This document shows, piece after piece, positions 24,958-25,705 of a stretch of DNA of 25,705 bases. Below the pieces are notes generated by a model. It worked only from the letters and a program-made list of their open reading frames with translations, did no database searches and had not been told where the DNA came from. This DNA comes from Planctomycetota bacterium. GTDB lineage: Bacteria; Planctomycetota; UBA1135; GCA-002686595. A program made the translations under genes and the position numbers. How positions within the stretch are numbered: the first letter of the stretch is position 1; each line of letters opens with the position of its first letter. The stretch is from positions 1 to 25,705 of the forward strand of contig JBIKYW010000001.1 of assembly GCA_044355055.1 (NCBI GenBank). Direction: 5' to 3'.

Positions 24958-25199
24958 CGAGAGCTAGTTTAGGACGCCTTCGACGACTCCCAAGGACGGC
25001 TTTTCCCGTCGGGCGGGGGTGCGGCGGGGGCCTGGGGGCCCAGCGCTGGGCCTCGCGGGCGGAAAATACCCCTCGTTCGTTAACCTTCTCGGCCCGCGGG
25101 CCGTAATCAGCCCGCCGGGCCGCATCCGCGGTCCAGCCGTTCGACTGACACCCTCCGAAGCGGGTCCCGCCCGGGCCCCGATCCCCCGAAATCCGACCC

Positions 25200-25705
25200 A
25201 TGCTGTCGCACCTCGGCCTCTGTCTGCTCGCCCTCGCCCCGCAGGGCGCCCCCGCCTCGATCCAGCCCGCCGCCGCGGGCGCCAAGGTCGCTCTCGCAGC
25301 GCCGGCCCAGAACGGCGGCTCGCTGTTCGGGGAGCCCGTGGTCGTGCACGGCCGCCGCATCACCGACGACGAGATCAAGCGCTTCCTGTGCGCCAGCGTC
25401 GGCGCCCGCGACTTCGACACCTTCAAGTTCACGATCCTCGTCGACGAGGAGCTGCAAAAGCGCCGCGAGGCCGGCGAGTCCGCGGAGAAGCTCGCGAGCT
25501 ACGAGGTCAGCGACGCCGAGCTCGACGCCCGCATCGAGCGCGAGCGCAGCGACTTCAACCTGCGCTACCCGACCCTCGACTTTGCGCTCGAAGTCGGCCG
25601 CGCCGAGCTCTCGCTCGGACTGTTCCGCGAGCGCCTGCGCCAGACGATGCGCTTCGACCGCGTGTTTCGCCCCGAGAACCCCGCGGACTGGCCGGAGATC
25701 ACCAA
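25200..25705 (+). CDS. Exported SurA/PrsA-like chaperone or foldase, N-terminal fragment; continues beyond the right edge
   Basis: Not in the ORF track (no stop in window). ATG 25200 gives MLSHLGLCLLALAPQGAPAS (signal peptide)...PVVVHGRRITDDEIKRFL...EVSDAELDARIERER...FRERLRQTMRFDRVF, similar to the SurA N-terminal 'V+VNG..IT..E+' and 'VSD.E+D..I' motifs. Confidence 0.7.
   Translation, partial: MLSHLGLCLLALAPQGAPASIQPAAAGAKVALAAPAQNGGSLFGEPVVVHGRRITDDEIKRFLCASVGARDFDTFKFTILVDEELQKRREAGESAEKLASYEVSDAELDARIERERSDFNLRYPTLDFALEVGRAELSLGLFRERLRQTMRFDRVFRPENPADWPEIT

Noticed and set aside
25037-25052. Perfect 16-bp palindrome GGCCCAGCGCTGGGCC in the divergent promoter region
   Set aside because: Almost entirely G/C in a very GC-rich stretch, single copy, and no supporting context; likely chance.
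30-25457. Many long alternative-frame and antisense ORFs (e.g. 4655..5974, 8207..10162, 10027..11493, 13014..14999, 15997..19194, 19781..21301, 21494..22756, 24914..25432)
   Set aside because: They are R/A/G/P-rich or shadow translations overlapping motif-supported genes, as expected in very high-GC DNA with few stop codons.

Overview
High-GC bacterial window, probably Planctomycetota (inferred from the kinase-TPR-FGE gene and the exported hypothetical proteins), with four blocks. (1) 1-11130 is a surface-polysaccharide locus. A minus-strand, translationally coupled operon (wzx-like flippase, wzy-like polymerase, AsnB-type amidotransferase, two GT4s) sits divergently from an initiating sugar-phosphate transferase and a GT2-membrane fusion. 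These converge on a nucleotide-sugar dehydrogenase/SDR pair. (2) 11662-15063 is a coupled three-gene operon: flavin amine-oxidase family protein, RMD1/DUF155-like protein and DUF1624/HGSNAT-like acyltransferase. (3) 15373-18771 is a 1132-aa Ser/Thr kinase-TPR-FGE-sulfatase (C-type lectin fold) protein. It is followed by the most notable structure: a 732-bp DUF433/DUF5615 (PIN-like) toxin-antitoxin cassette bracketed by a perfect 61-bp direct repeat. The repeat duplicates the 3' end of the neighbouring B12-binding radical SAM gene, an attL/attR-like layout with no recombinase in the window. The toxin carries an in-frame TAG. (4) 19700-25705 holds core-like genes: the radical SAM enzyme, a four-gene envelope operon and a divergent, truncated SurA/PrsA-like gene. 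No rRNA, tRNA, CRISPR array, transposase, integrase or reverse transcriptase was recognised. All product calls come from motif recognition by eye, not database searches.
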